A stretch of DNA of 64,000 nt from Vicugna vicugna (taxonomy: Eukaryota), in NCBI GenBank assembly GCA_013265495.1, contig MU058418.1:1-64000 (forward strand), given 5' to 3'. The notes under the pieces were generated by a model that did no database searches, was not told the DNA's origin, and saw nothing but the letters and a program-made list of their open reading frames with translations. The translations under genes were made by a program, and so were the position numbers. Positions 52,726 through 64,000 of the stretch are shown one piece after another; position 1 is the first letter of the stretch, and each line of letters starts with the position of its first letter.

Positions 52726-54575
52726 ACCATGAAATTAAAGATTCTGTGGGAAAGCGAGTCATCAAGAATGATGCTTAAGGTTCTGCCTGATCCACTAAGG
52801 GGAGGGTAGGACGTTCACTGAGACAGGAGCAGCCTGGGATGGTGTTACTTTTTTTTGCACATCTTAGGTTCGAGGGAATGATAGGACACGAGAAAACAGT
52901 TGTCCAGAAGCCACTGGATATAAATTTCTGGAGCTCAAGGGACAAGTGTGGATTGGAGTCAAAAACTTTCATAACCTCTTAGCATCCTAACCACCCTTTT
53001 CTGGACACTCTCTATGTTCTCAGCCTCTAAAACGAGGTGTTCAGAGCTGGACGCAACCCTTCAGATGTGGTCAGACCAGTCGAAGGCATACGTGTGTCTA
53101 GGAACAAGGGGCAGTTCAAAGTCAAACACAGTCAAAGACAGCGAGCCCCTACCTTTGCCAGTGTTGTGCTGGGTGTCAGGCACACGGTGATCAGTGACGC
53201 ACACTCCTGCTCTCAAAGAGCTTGCTGCCAGTAAATCAGTCATTCCTGAGGTGGGGCTAGAGCTCTGTCCCTAATGGAAGAAAGAAAATGTTCTTTGGAT
53301 TTTTTTTTTATCTCAATTTAATTTCTAGTGGCAGCCCCCATTCTGTTGGGTGGCAGAAACTCAATTTCAGTCCATTTGGGTTTTCCTTGCCCTGTCCCTG
53401 GGTTGTGTCTGTTTAGGTTCCAGGGAGTCTCCAAAGGCATCCAGAAGGTGATCTTGGAACTTTGCTGTCAGCTGTGTGTGCTGACGTTCACTGAGATGGC
53501 TATTAATTTCTCTGGTGCTAAGTTTCAGTCCACACAGCACCTGCTGAGTGGTCCTTCTGTTCTCCTCCTCCCTCAGGGCTCCTAAGATCTAGGACTCTCT
53601 TGTTACCCCCTCCCTCCCTCCTTTCCTCCTTCTCTCCATTCTTCGCCCTCAACCCCATCTCCCTGTCTCCACACCTCTCTGAGGTGGTCATGGGGAAATG
53701 CTGGGAGGCCAACTGTGGTGCTGTCTAGCTAACACACCACAAAGCCATTTCTATCATAGGTCCACCAAGGAAGCCTGAGCCCCAGAGAGGCACAGTCTAC
53801 AAAGGGAAATTTATCAGAGACCCACACTGTCTATTTACTCATCAATTCCTCTCCAAAAGGGGTCCCCCAAATAAAAGAAATACTGCAAAATAAAAATACT
53901 CTTACTGTTCCCAAATATTATCATACTTCCTAGTTCACCCTGTCTCTGCCCATTGAAGCCAGGTGGATCCACCCACAAGGCTAGACTCTGCAGTCTTTAG
54001 AGTCTCATGTTTTTAACCCAAGGTCCTCTCTCCATTGCCAGACTCCTGGCTCCATGAGTTTTCTTCTATTCTGATTATTCCCAACACTCTGAACTTGGCT
54101 CAGTCAACCTCACTCCAGCTCAATTGGTTTCACCACCTCCAGTGTCTTCCGGTGTTTGAGGCAGCAGAGGGAGGTGATCAAAACTAGGGGAAGGTAGGGA
54201 GATCAGAGAATGTTAGCTGCAATCCAGGCAAGATGTGATGAAGGCTTAAACTTGGGCAGGACCAGTGGGTGTTCACTCCAAGGCCACTCCAAGCAGCTGG
54301 CTAGAAGGTGTAGTGCCATAATCAAGGCTAAGAGATCAGGAGAATCAGAAAAGCTGGAAGCAGGTCAAGAGGGATTCTGAAAGTAGAATAGAGATGCTCC
54401 TGGTGGCTTTGGGCAAGATCCTCCAGCAGACCCAGGTGGTGTAACAATTACATTTAAAGGTTGACATAGGACAGTCAGAGAAATGAAGACAGTGAAGAAG
54501 AGATAGATTTATCTACAGAATCTGGTAACCAATTGGTGTGGAGGGCAAAGAACCTAACAAACCCAAATTTCATAT

Positions 54576-55159
54576 TGTAGGGAAGGAAAAAAGACTTTTC
54601 TCTACCCTCCACGTTCAGTGCTAGTTCTGTGACTGAGACCACAAACTGACAACAGATCAGATTAATAGGAGGAAAGGCATACACATTTTATGCAATGTTA
54701 ATGTTTTCATTTTTTTTTACACAAACAAGAGGACTTACTAGATAAGAAGTGAAGACCCAAAAAGGTAGTTAGACCCAGGGGCTTATCATCCATTTAACCA
54801 AGGATGATAACTATGTGAAGAAGTGACAAGACAAAGGAACGGGGTTTGGGCTTCCAGGGGTGGCAAACTGCGGGAAGGTAAACATATGGGGGAGCTAACA
54901 GTAGAAAAGGGTTTTTTAGTAAGGTTTATTTGTGCAGACTCATCGCAGTGACAACTGTCTGTCTCTAGGGATAAGCGGTGCTCTCCCCTGGTATGGAAGA
55001 GGAGAGGGTGAACACCTTGACAAGGTGAAACTTATGTCCTACGTGTAGACAGAAAGCGGGAGAGCAGAGTTCTTTCTGCATTTTTACCTCTGTCACCTTC
55101 AGCTCGAAACAATTCTTATGCTCTAGTGGCATATGTTGGGTATATTCCGATCCCATTCA
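54576..55159 (-). mobile_element. Complete ERV1-type solo LTR inserted in L2 remnants
   Basis: TG...CA termini with 4-bp TSD atat (54572-54575 / 55160-55163); actgacaacagatcagattaataggaggaaaggcatac motif typical of MER34/MER39-group LTRs. Confidence 0.82.
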
Positions 55160-57417
55160 ATATTCGAGTCTTGGGGGCTTAGGGGAGGGGGAGAACATGC
55201 CCAGGTTTCCAGCTTGGAGCCCGTGAGAAGTGGTGGCATTCATTAATGCAGAGAAATCAAGCAGATAGGAGAAGGGAGAGGATGAGCTCAGAACAGGTAC
55301 CGTGCGAGAGGCAGGGAGCAGGGGCTGGAATTGTGGGAGACGGTGCTCGGAGAGTGTGATGCTGGAAGTGTCCCAGGAGAAGCAGCTCTGAGTCATAGGA
55401 GGTCCAGAATGTGGTCATGATATTGAAAGAGACAAAACTCCTTAGCAACAAACAGGCCCGGGACCTGAGGGCTGCGGGTGTCGGGTGGGTCGTCCACATG
55501 GACACAGAAGCCATCCCAGACCGAGGCTGCCCTCCCTGACATGCTGCTTCACCTCTCTGTAACCATACAACATGTCAGCCATCCCTCCCAGCCTCTGTCA
55601 TCCGAACAATCTAGGAACATTCCTTTTACATTACTCTTCAAGTCACTGATAGAAATACTAAGCAGACCTGAGCTTGAACGTGCTTGGGGAGTTCCAAATA
55701 GATCTTTAAGGTTATGGACAATTTTGTTTTCTATAGTCAGGAAGAAATGTCAAAATAATGTTCTATGTATTCAGCTGACTAATAGCTCACCTCTAGTTAC
55801 TTTCCCATGACAGCTTGATCACAGGGCATGGCAGAGAAAGAAGGCTGGGCCATTCATCTTGTGGTTTATTTCCTGGATTTTTTCATGTATTGGTAAAGTC
55901 GTATCTCCTGGAATCTGCTGAGCTCAGGCCCCACAGATAATAAAAAGCTCTGCTTCTCTCAATAACATACATGCAGAAGCAAAACGGTCCTTGGGCTTTC
56001 TAGCAGCGATGGGTTTTCTGTTGCATGCGGACCTGAGAAACTCAAATTTCATATTCAAGCCTAGGATGGTAAAGAGGATGGGAGAGGAGCAGGAAGGAAG
56101 TATGGGAGGACGCTGTTGCTAGTGAACAGCCTGGAACGAAGACAAATTGAGTCAGAGATGCTAGATCCTCTGGCTGGGCCCTGCCCCTCTGAGCTCTGGG
56201 AAGCGGCTGGGTCACTGAACTCTGGTTTCCTCTCTGCTAAGCAGGGGTCACACTTCTTTACTATGCCTGGTTTAGTAGGTTAGCATGGGAATAAAGGTGA
56301 AACAACGGGTGGGAAAGTGCTTTGTAAACTCTTAGCCTTTAGAAATGTGCATTGTTTTGATTAGGGAAGAACCGCACTGGCGCTGCAGACACTCAGCACG
56401 TCTTCGTTGCTAGTAACTCTTTGCCTGTCACTATGCATAATCCTTTCCATCCAGCAGGATCCTTTGAAAACTCGGGCTGTCTGAAGAACTGCTTGATTCT
56501 GGGTGCCGAGAAAAGCTTCTCCTGCCAATCTAACCTAAACCCGGGCTACCTCCGGGCCCATCTCAGCACCAGGTGGCAGGGGCAAAAATCTGAATGTAAA
56601 ACATCTTAATGAGTAATTTTAAATTTCCTGATGGCAGCAGGGTGCAGCCTGGAAGGAGAAATTACACTCCATCGGAAACACTCTCAAATCCTCGTTAGAC
56701 AAGCCTCTTGCCAAAGCCTGTCATTCTTACTCCCATTTTTCATTCTTATGTGGATAATTTTTAGATGCTTCTATCTGCTCATGACCTAAACCACCTAACA
56801 GCTCAGCTTTGCAGGTACATTAGAGCAAGTGCTGTGAATACTTAATTTTTTTTTTCCTGATGACACTTAATTTTCCAGGTCACTGCTTCTGCCTTGAAGC
56901 TATGTATGTGTTGTGTTGGACTCAGGATGCTGGCCAGGGGAGAGAAAGACTTTCAAGCCTTCACCTCCCACCCTCCTTCAGCCCCTGGACAGAGCTTGCT
57001 AACTCAGGGAAGTGCCTGCTCTCAGAAGCTGGAGTCTCTGGGTGGGCGGTTGGGACCATGCTCTCATCCACCCCCTCCTGTCTCTCCCCATAATAACCAC
57101 TGCTCCACAAGTCTGGGTCCCCAGGCAGGTAAGTGGCTTATAAATTGTTCAGTAAAGGGTAGCTGTTAAGATTACTTTGTGCTGCGGGGTAGTCAAGAGA
57201 AATAGGACCCAAGGAGACTTTTAAGATCTATTCATTGAGGTGAATAGTGCTTCTCAGGTTCTAATACAGAACCTTCATTCAATCCGGCAAAGACCTTGGG
57301 GAAACAAAAATCTAGTCCTCTGCCTTTCAGTTAGTTTGCGTATGAGGCTGGGACAGGTCGAGTAATTTTCTGAAGGTCACTCATTTGACAGGGCCTAGAC
57401 CCAGGTCTATGTCTCTT

Positions 57418-57551
57418 TTGGGTGGAGCAGGGGAGGTGGTAGGAGTAATTAGGTTTGTTTATGTATTTACTTAAATACTGGTACTGGGGATTGAACCAGG
57501 ACCTCACCCAGTGTAGTCATGCACTCTACTACGGAACTATACCCTCCCTCC
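57418..57551 (-). mobile_element. Vic-1-type SINE (only antisense copy)
   Basis: gtactggggattgaaccaggacctca..gcactctac..ctataccctccc; TSD atgtctctt (57409-57417 / 57559-57567). Confidence 0.88.
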
Positions 57552-58116
57552 TAGAATCATGTCTCTTAAGGAGGCCTTTCAGTTCTCCTTAAGACAGCAT
57601 TCACATGCTCTTGAGAGAAAGTAACATTTGCCTTCTAGAAGTGTCAAGTACAAAGCTGTGAAAATTGATCACTCTATTGTTTTGACTCCCTTTAAGATAT
57701 CTGGGTCATCTCAGACTGTGGCTAATTAAACCCCCAGAGCTGTGTCTCCAAACTAGTGGGACAGAGGCTGAAGTCGATGCCATCCATCCTGAGGTCGACA
57801 GATGTACCATCACGAGGGACAGAGAAAAAAACGTAGTGAACAACAAAACAGCAACATGACAACAAAGGAAAGATCTTGACTGTATTAACCACATTTTCTT
57901 TTTTTTAAAAATGTGGCAAGGTGGGAAAAGGAAGAAGTAGGATGTGGCCTCGAGGACTGTAAGTAAAAGACCTAAGACCTGTGGGTAGTTGCTCAGAAAT
58001 CAATGTAAAGAAATACGAGATGAGGTCAGACTCTGCCACTACAAGAAATCAGAGATGAAGCTCCTTCCTTCCTTCCTTTTGGTCTCTCTGGCTTTCAGGC
58101 AGGCACTGTCTCTCAT

Positions 58117-58125
58117 CACACACAC

Positions 58126-58165
<40 letters not shown>
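58117..58165. repeat. Interrupted (CA)n microsatellite
   Basis: Direct reading. Confidence 0.95.
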
Positions 58166-58167
<2 letters not shown>

Positions 58168-58424
58168 TAAATATTATGAATGCAGCACAAGCCACCACAT
58201 CAAAGCTCATGATCAGCCCAGTTCAAGATTGCTACCACTCCAGAACTTGAGATGGTTTATTTGAGGAGGTTTTTAAATGCTACAGGCTAAAAAAGCCTCT
58301 GGACCTTTCTATTTCTCGCCTTGAAACTCAGTTGAAAAGTCCTTTTCTTCTTCCCCTACCTCCCCGAGATGGAAGTCTGTGATTCTGAGGAAGGCACAGA
58401 ACTAGGGAACCGAAAAACTGGGAC

Positions 58425-58915
58425 TGTTGTCTAGAGAATCGTTTAAAAGTCCACATTTAACCTATGCCTGAGGCTAGGTTGGCTTGCTAATGGAGGGAAA
58501 CTATCCTATGGGAATAGAAGGTCCCCCCTGCTTAATCTTGATGGGCCACATTGTTTGAAGGTCCCCCCTGCTTAATCTTGTTTCTACAAAGTGCTTGCTC
58601 CACCACAGAGCAGAAGAAGCTGGAAGAATAAGCAGAGGAATGAGCGTGAAAAGGGCAGCCAAGGAGGAGATAAGAAGCCACAAAGAAGAACAGATAAAAG
58701 GACCCAGCTGAGACCCCAAGAGCAGGGGTTCTGAGGTCAAGCCACCTGGGCTTACTGCGCCCCTGCTCCAGCGCCCCTTTTCCTTCTCCCTTGAGTAAAT
58801 AAAGCAGCTTTCATTCTGTCCCTCTGCCTCAGCTGTGAATTCTTCCCCACCTGCAGGCCAGAACCCACCTTTTGTGGGCTCTTCATTCTAAGGGGGAGTA
58901 TCCCATCTGCTAACA
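58425..58915 (+). mobile_element. Probable ERV solo LTR with an internal 24-bp duplication
   Basis: tgtt...aaca termini, TATA-like gataaaa near 58692 and aataaa at 58798-58803; flanks ggac/atac match only partly, so the 5' boundary is uncertain. Confidence 0.6.
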
Positions 58916-59144
58916 ATACCATTAACAGTTCTCGAAGATGGAGAACAATGAAGTGCTGTTCAGCTGATCAGTAACTGAAATCCACTGGCTGGACTCCTGC
59001 TGGTGAAAACATTGCCTCAAGCATCTGCCTTTGTGGTGGCTCAGAAAAATTCAGATCAGTGTTGGCCGTACTTTCCTTGATCCTCTAATGGCATCTTTCT
59101 TCCCACACTCTTTTCAGATCATCTTTTCATTTTCTTTGAATTGG

Positions 59145-60410
59145 TAGACTTTTTTAAAAAACAGTTTTAGGTTGGGGGGAGGGTATAGCTCAGTGGTAGA
59201 GTGCTTGCTTAGCCTGCACAAGGTCCTGGGTTCAATCTCCAGCACCTCTATTAAGAAATAACTTAGTAAACAAACTTAATAACACCCCCTCAAGAAATGA
59301 AAAAAAAGTTTTAGGTTTATAGAAAAATTAAGCAGAAAGTACAGGGTTCCCACATCCCCCCTGCCCCTCTCCCAGTTCCTTTATCACTAACACCTTGCGT
59401 TGGTTATAAGCTAATATTGGTTACAAGCCAATGTTGATATGTTATTATTAACTAACCTCCACAGTCCACATTAGGGTTCACTCTGGGTTGTACTTTCTGT
59501 GGACAAATACACAATGTCGTATATCCATCATTACAGTATTACACAGAGTAGTTTCACTGCCCTAAAAATCCCCTGTGTTCCACCTATTTCTCACTTCTCC
59601 CCAACCCCTGCCAATCACTGATCTTTTTATTATCTCCATAATTTTGCCCTTTCCAGAATGTTACATAGTTGGAATCATACAGTATGTATGCTTTTCAGAT
59701 TGGCTTCTTTCACCTAGCAATATACACTTAAAGTTCCTCCATGTCTTCTCACTGCTTGATAGCTCATTTCTTTACAGCCCTGAATAATATTCTATTGTCT
59801 GGATGTCTCACAGTTTACATTTTCACCTACAGAAGGACATCTTGGTTGCTTCCAAGTTTTGGTAATTATGAATAAAGCTGCTATAAACATCCGTGGGCAG
59901 GTTTTCGTGTGAACATATCTTTTCAACTCCTTTGGGTAAATACCAAGGAGCATAATTACTAGATCATATGGTAAGAGTATGTTTCATTTTGTAAGAAACT
60001 GTCAAGCTGTCTTCCAAAGTGGCTGTACCATTTTGCATTCCCACCAGCAATGAGTGAGAGTTCCTATTGCCCCACATCCTTGCCAGCATTTGGTGTTGTC
60101 AGTGTTTTGGATTTTAACCATTCTATTAGATGGGCAGTGGTACCTCATTTTCATATGCAACTCTCTAATAATACATGATGAGCATTTCCATATGCTCATT
60201 TGCCATCTGTAGGTCTTCTTTGGGGTGTTGTCTGTTCAGATCTTTTACCTACTTTTCGATTGGTTGTTTTTTGTTTCCTTACTGCTGAGTTTTAAGAGTT
60301 CTTTATATATTTTGGATGCCAGTCTTATCAGATGTGCCTTTTGCAAATATTTCTCCTAGCCTGTAAATATTACCTCCCAGCCTGTGGTTTATCTTTTCAT
60401 TCTCTTAAAT
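59145..60410 (-). mobile_element. Old L1 (L1MC/MD-type) ORF2 end and 3'UTR
   Basis: ORF 60002-60199(-) QNTDNTKCWQGCGAIGTLTHCWWECKMVQPLWKT is the L1 ORF2p Cys-rich domain. Confidence 0.9.
59174..59306 (+). mobile_element. Vic-1-type SINE nested in L1
   Basis: gggtatagctcagtggtagagtgcttgcttagc..gggttcaatc; 11-bp TSD agttttaggtt (59163-59173 / 59307-59317). Confidence 0.93.
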
Positions 60411-60480
60411 TTCCATCTATTTTTTAAATCAGTGTGTTCTCTATCCTTTTCCTCCCTGTTTCCTTGGCAAAGTCTTCTCT

Positions 60481-60692
60481 TTTTTTTAACATTTTTTATT
60501 GGTTTATAATCATTTTACAATGTTGTGTCAAATTCCAGTGTTCAGCACAATTTTTCAGTCATTCATGGACATATACACACTCATTGTCACATTTTTTTTC
60601 TCTGTGATTTATCATAACATTTTGTGTATATTTCCCTGTGCTATACAGTGTAATCTTGTTTATCTATTCTACAATTTTGAAATCCCATTCTA
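60481..60692 (-). mobile_element. Young 5'-truncated L1 3' end (camelid-type)
   Basis: polyT, ttttacaatgttgtgtc..tttccctgtgctatacag; perfect 15-bp TSD ggcaaagtcttctct (60466-60480 / 60693-60707). Confidence 0.9.
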
Positions 60693-60941
60693 GGCAAAGT
60701 CTTCTCTGTCTGAAAACTGGAGAAAAGGAAGGCTCTATATCAAAAAACCCAAGTTCCTAGGACAGAAGCCAACAAACCCAGGAGTCTTGAGACAACCTGG
60801 CAACCAGAGCCCTAACGAGCATTGACTCCAGGCAGCTATAGCATTGGGCCCAGGCAGTAAGACCTGCTCCTGCCTCCTCGGAGCCTAGGATGAAGCATCC
60901 TAGAAGAATCTGGATGCCCTTTGCAGATTTTTAACTCCCAG

Positions 60942-61508
60942 TGAGACAGGAAGGAAGGAGGCAGCGCACAACCATTAAAGCAGTGACACAGCAATTGAAG
61001 ATAGGACAAAAGCAGGTTAAAAACCTGACTAGGCCCAAGATGGAAGAAAACTCAACTTCCAGGAGACTTTGAGCCTCATTATATGCTCACTGTAAGATAC
61101 TAGCCTGGTAAATACCACTCCCACAGACGCCATGACAGTTCCGAAGCTGACCATAAAAAGCCAAAAAGTGGGCAGTGGCCCAATTCCTGGCAATCCCCAT
61201 TCCTTCCCCAGAACAACTGAAATAATCCTCCCACTCGTGAGCATATGAAATTACCAAGCCCATAAAAACTAACAACACTACATCCCGCAGCCTCTCTCTC
61301 TGGCCTTCTGAGACAGCCCACACTCTGCGGAGTGTCTATCTCCCTGAATAAATTTACTTTCATTTTACTATGGCTCACCCTCAAATCTTTTCTTTTCCCT
61401 TGAATGCTTTCTTCTGTGCAGCCAAGGACCCTCACTTGGCAGGGTGCATCCCATGTGGCCTGAGACCTGGGACATGGCCATCCTCTCATGCCCCATTTTC
61501 CTGCAACA
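60942..61508 (+). mobile_element. Complete ERV1 solo LTR, MER41-like
   Basis: TG...CA termini and perfect 4-bp TSD ccag (60938-60941 / 61509-61512); cctcattatatgc, cgccatgacagtt, cataaaaa and aataaa motifs resemble MER41-group LTRs. Confidence 0.82.
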
Positions 61509-62152
61509 CCAGGGAGAGAGAAAGCTCCGAGCACATGCACTAGCTCTCAGTTGCCAACCCTCCTTTCACAGTGTCAGGGAAAGTGGTGGCTGATGAGCAC
61601 ACGACCAGCCAGCCCTCATCAGACCATGAGTACTGCGTGCAAAAAGAATTAATAAATCAAATTTAAGCAAGTTAAAAGGGGGCATGGTTACATTTTCATG
61701 ATAAGCTCATTATTTTCCACATTGGCTCAGCTCTGGACTCTATCAAAGAAATTGATGGTATGATCTAACACAGCCCAGACACCAGAAGGGGTGCGACAGG
61801 CAGGATCACGCATGCACATAAGCACGAGTAGTTTAAAAAGATCAAGAAAGCAATTTTAGATTAGACAGAGGCCCAAGAAATGGGGATTCCAAAGAGAAGT
61901 CTGAACTGTCTTCTCTAAACTTTACAGCCTCACATTTGCCCTGATTATCCTGTGGAAACAGGATGAACTCGTTGGGTAGGTTTTACCCATTTGTTGTTCT
62001 TTAACTGTTGCCAAACATAGGTCCCAGGAATTGTGCTTGATCACTTACTCTCACCTTTTTCAGGCTGTCTTGGTTACATACTGTGGAGTAGAAAGAAATA
62101 ACCCCTTTTACAGTCTAATAAGAGGCACTTTTATAAAATCAGCTGTAATCTT

Positions 62153-62273
62153 GGGAGGGGATAGCTCAGTGGTAGAGTGTGTGCTTAACACACATGAGGT
62201 CCTGGGTTCAATCCCCAGTACCTCCATTTAAAATAAATAAATAAATCCTAAATACCTCCCTGCTGCAAAAAGA
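62153..62273 (+). mobile_element. Vic-1-type SINE
   Basis: gatagctcagtggtagag..gaggtcctgggttcaatccccagtacctcca; TSD aaaatca(g/a)ctgtaat (62135-62149 / 62274-62288). Confidence 0.93.
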
Positions 62274-62967
62274 AAAATCAACTGTAATGGATCTAGTCTG
62301 ACTGGGCCATGGGTTGAGCAAGGAAGACCAAGAAGATTCACCTAAAAATGCACTGTCCCCACCCCCATAATTCAAAATAAAGTTAAAATTTAACAATAAA
62401 ATAAATGTTGGAGAGTTTTAAATATTCTATTTTTTTCTAAATATTGCAGTCTTAAATATTTTATCCTAAAAGTGTAATAAAAACTATTCTATTTCTTGCG
62501 ATGGCGATACCAATTTTTTTTATTTGTACAAATAACATATTCTTTCCAAAACCTCTCCTTCTTGGTCTGTGACGGCTGCTGGTGACCTCAATGTGAGCAG
62601 TGTGGCCGACTTGAATGATCCCACAGGAAGGGCTCAGCTACACCCTGGGTTCCACTGGACAACCACCCAAAACCCAGGAATGGGCCAGTCCAGTCCTGAG
62701 GTGACCGAAGAGTGCTGAAGAAGAACACTTATTGACAGATGTTATTAATTCTTAGCTATTTTTTATGGGCTGCCCTATCTTTTCTATCACAAACTAGATC
62801 AACGTTTTATGGTAACGTGATTTTATATGGTGGTGGCTGAGAAAGGAGGGGTATCTCAGACCCCTGTAGAGTTGCCTTTGCCTGTTACTAGACACTTCTT
62901 CCAGGTAGCTGACAAATCTGTAAAAATAAAACATTTATTTCTATGTAGGAGTAATAAATACTATTCT

Positions 62968-63075
62968 GGGAGAGGGGAGGGTAACAATAGCTCAGTGGTA
63001 GAGTGCATGCTTAGCATGCATGAGGTCCTGGGTTCAATCCCCTGTACTGCTATTAAAAATAAAAATTAAAAAAAT
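62968..63075 (+). mobile_element. Vic-1-type SINE
   Basis: atagctcagtggtagagtgcatgcttagcatgcatgaggtcctgggttcaatcccc; degenerate TSD aataaatactattc / aataactactactc. Confidence 0.92.
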
Positions 63076-64000
63076 AATAACTACTACTCAGTTGTACCAT
63101 GTTCTGGCTTCTTTGCCATTTGAACAGAAAAATGTGAAATTTTAAAAAGATCCATTTTTAGACACTTTCAGGATTGGGAAATCCTAATTTTCTACTCAGT
63201 CTTCAAACTGTCATTTCTTTTTTCTGGCAAGATATAACCTTTAAAATGCTTTTCAAATTAATCTGACTTTGTTTTGTTTTGTTGGTTTTTTTCCCCCCTT
63301 CCTTCTCTTACCCTGTTCACAGTTCTTGCAGTGCAGACTGACAATTTCTTATCTTCGGAGCCACAGCCACCCAGCACTCCAGGCCTCTCAGCCACCCAGG
63401 TAGGGAGCCAAGCATGGCTCCCTGCAGAGAAGTGAAACGTAAAATGCACAGGAGTGGGGTTACTCAAGGAGAAGTGGGTGTTCCTTTCCCTGGAGATTCT
63501 TTCAGAAATAATTCTCTAGCCTGACAAACAGGTTGGCTCAAGTATTGCTCTGCCTAAATTCTGAGCAAGACAAGTTCGGAGACTTCTTTCTGCCTGACAG
63601 GTCATTTACCAGCAATTAGGGCCACTTCTGATTAAACTCAGAATGCAAGGTGACTCCCCCATCACAGATGACCAACCCACATCCCTCACCTGGAGGAAAA
63701 ACCCTTCAGCTTGTTCCTCACAAGGTTACAGAATATATTCATGACTACCAATGGCATAGTTGAAGAAGGGATCAATTCTACACAAAACTATAGGGCAAAA
63801 TAATCAGCATAAGATGAAGAACTCATTCTCATTTTTATCAACTTGCTTACTAAAATTCCGATTGCTGTGACAAAGTAATCATGCAGTACAGGAGCTATTT
63901 ATTACAGCTGACATTCAAATAAAGCAGCAGCAGGTGCCAATCCACCAATGTTACTGAGTAAAGAATTGTAAGTGGAAGTAAAATTGAAAATAAATGTCTC

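Noticed and set aside
8214..63075. tRNA-Ala(AGC) genes
   Set aside because: These are SINE heads with a non-tRNA 5' leader, stem mismatches, TSDs and mostly A-rich tails, not functional tRNA genes
1..64000. CRISPR arrays, operons, prokaryotic defence systems, rRNA, snRNA or NUMT
   Set aside because: The sequence is mammalian repeat-rich DNA; no regularly spaced repeat-spacer array, long intact ORF or recognisable structural RNA was seen

Overview
This is mammalian nuclear DNA, most likely camelid (alpaca/camel). The inference rests on 11 copies of a tRNA-Ala-derived SINE matching the camelid Vic-1 type and on cetartiodactyl-type L1 3' ends. The window is repeat-rich intergenic or intronic sequence with a 78-nt assembly gap (1620-1697). 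It holds L1 fragments (one a twin-primed 5'-inverted insertion with a TSD), several solo ERV1-type LTRs, MaLR/ERVL LTRs, L2, MIR, hAT-type DNA transposon relics and microsatellites. I recognise no cellular protein-coding exon, rRNA, bona fide tRNA or CRISPR array; the only recognisable proteins in the ORF track are decayed L1 ORF1p and ORF2p. I cannot support a new biological system from this sequence. The best leads are a candidate recursive splice site at 15279/15280, a speculative chain of minus-strand exons, some unusual retrotransposition and mutation products, and a few motif clusters that may be enhancers or insulators. Repeat family names are from recalled consensus sequences and need a Dfam/RepeatMasker run. 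Boundaries without a TSD are approximate.
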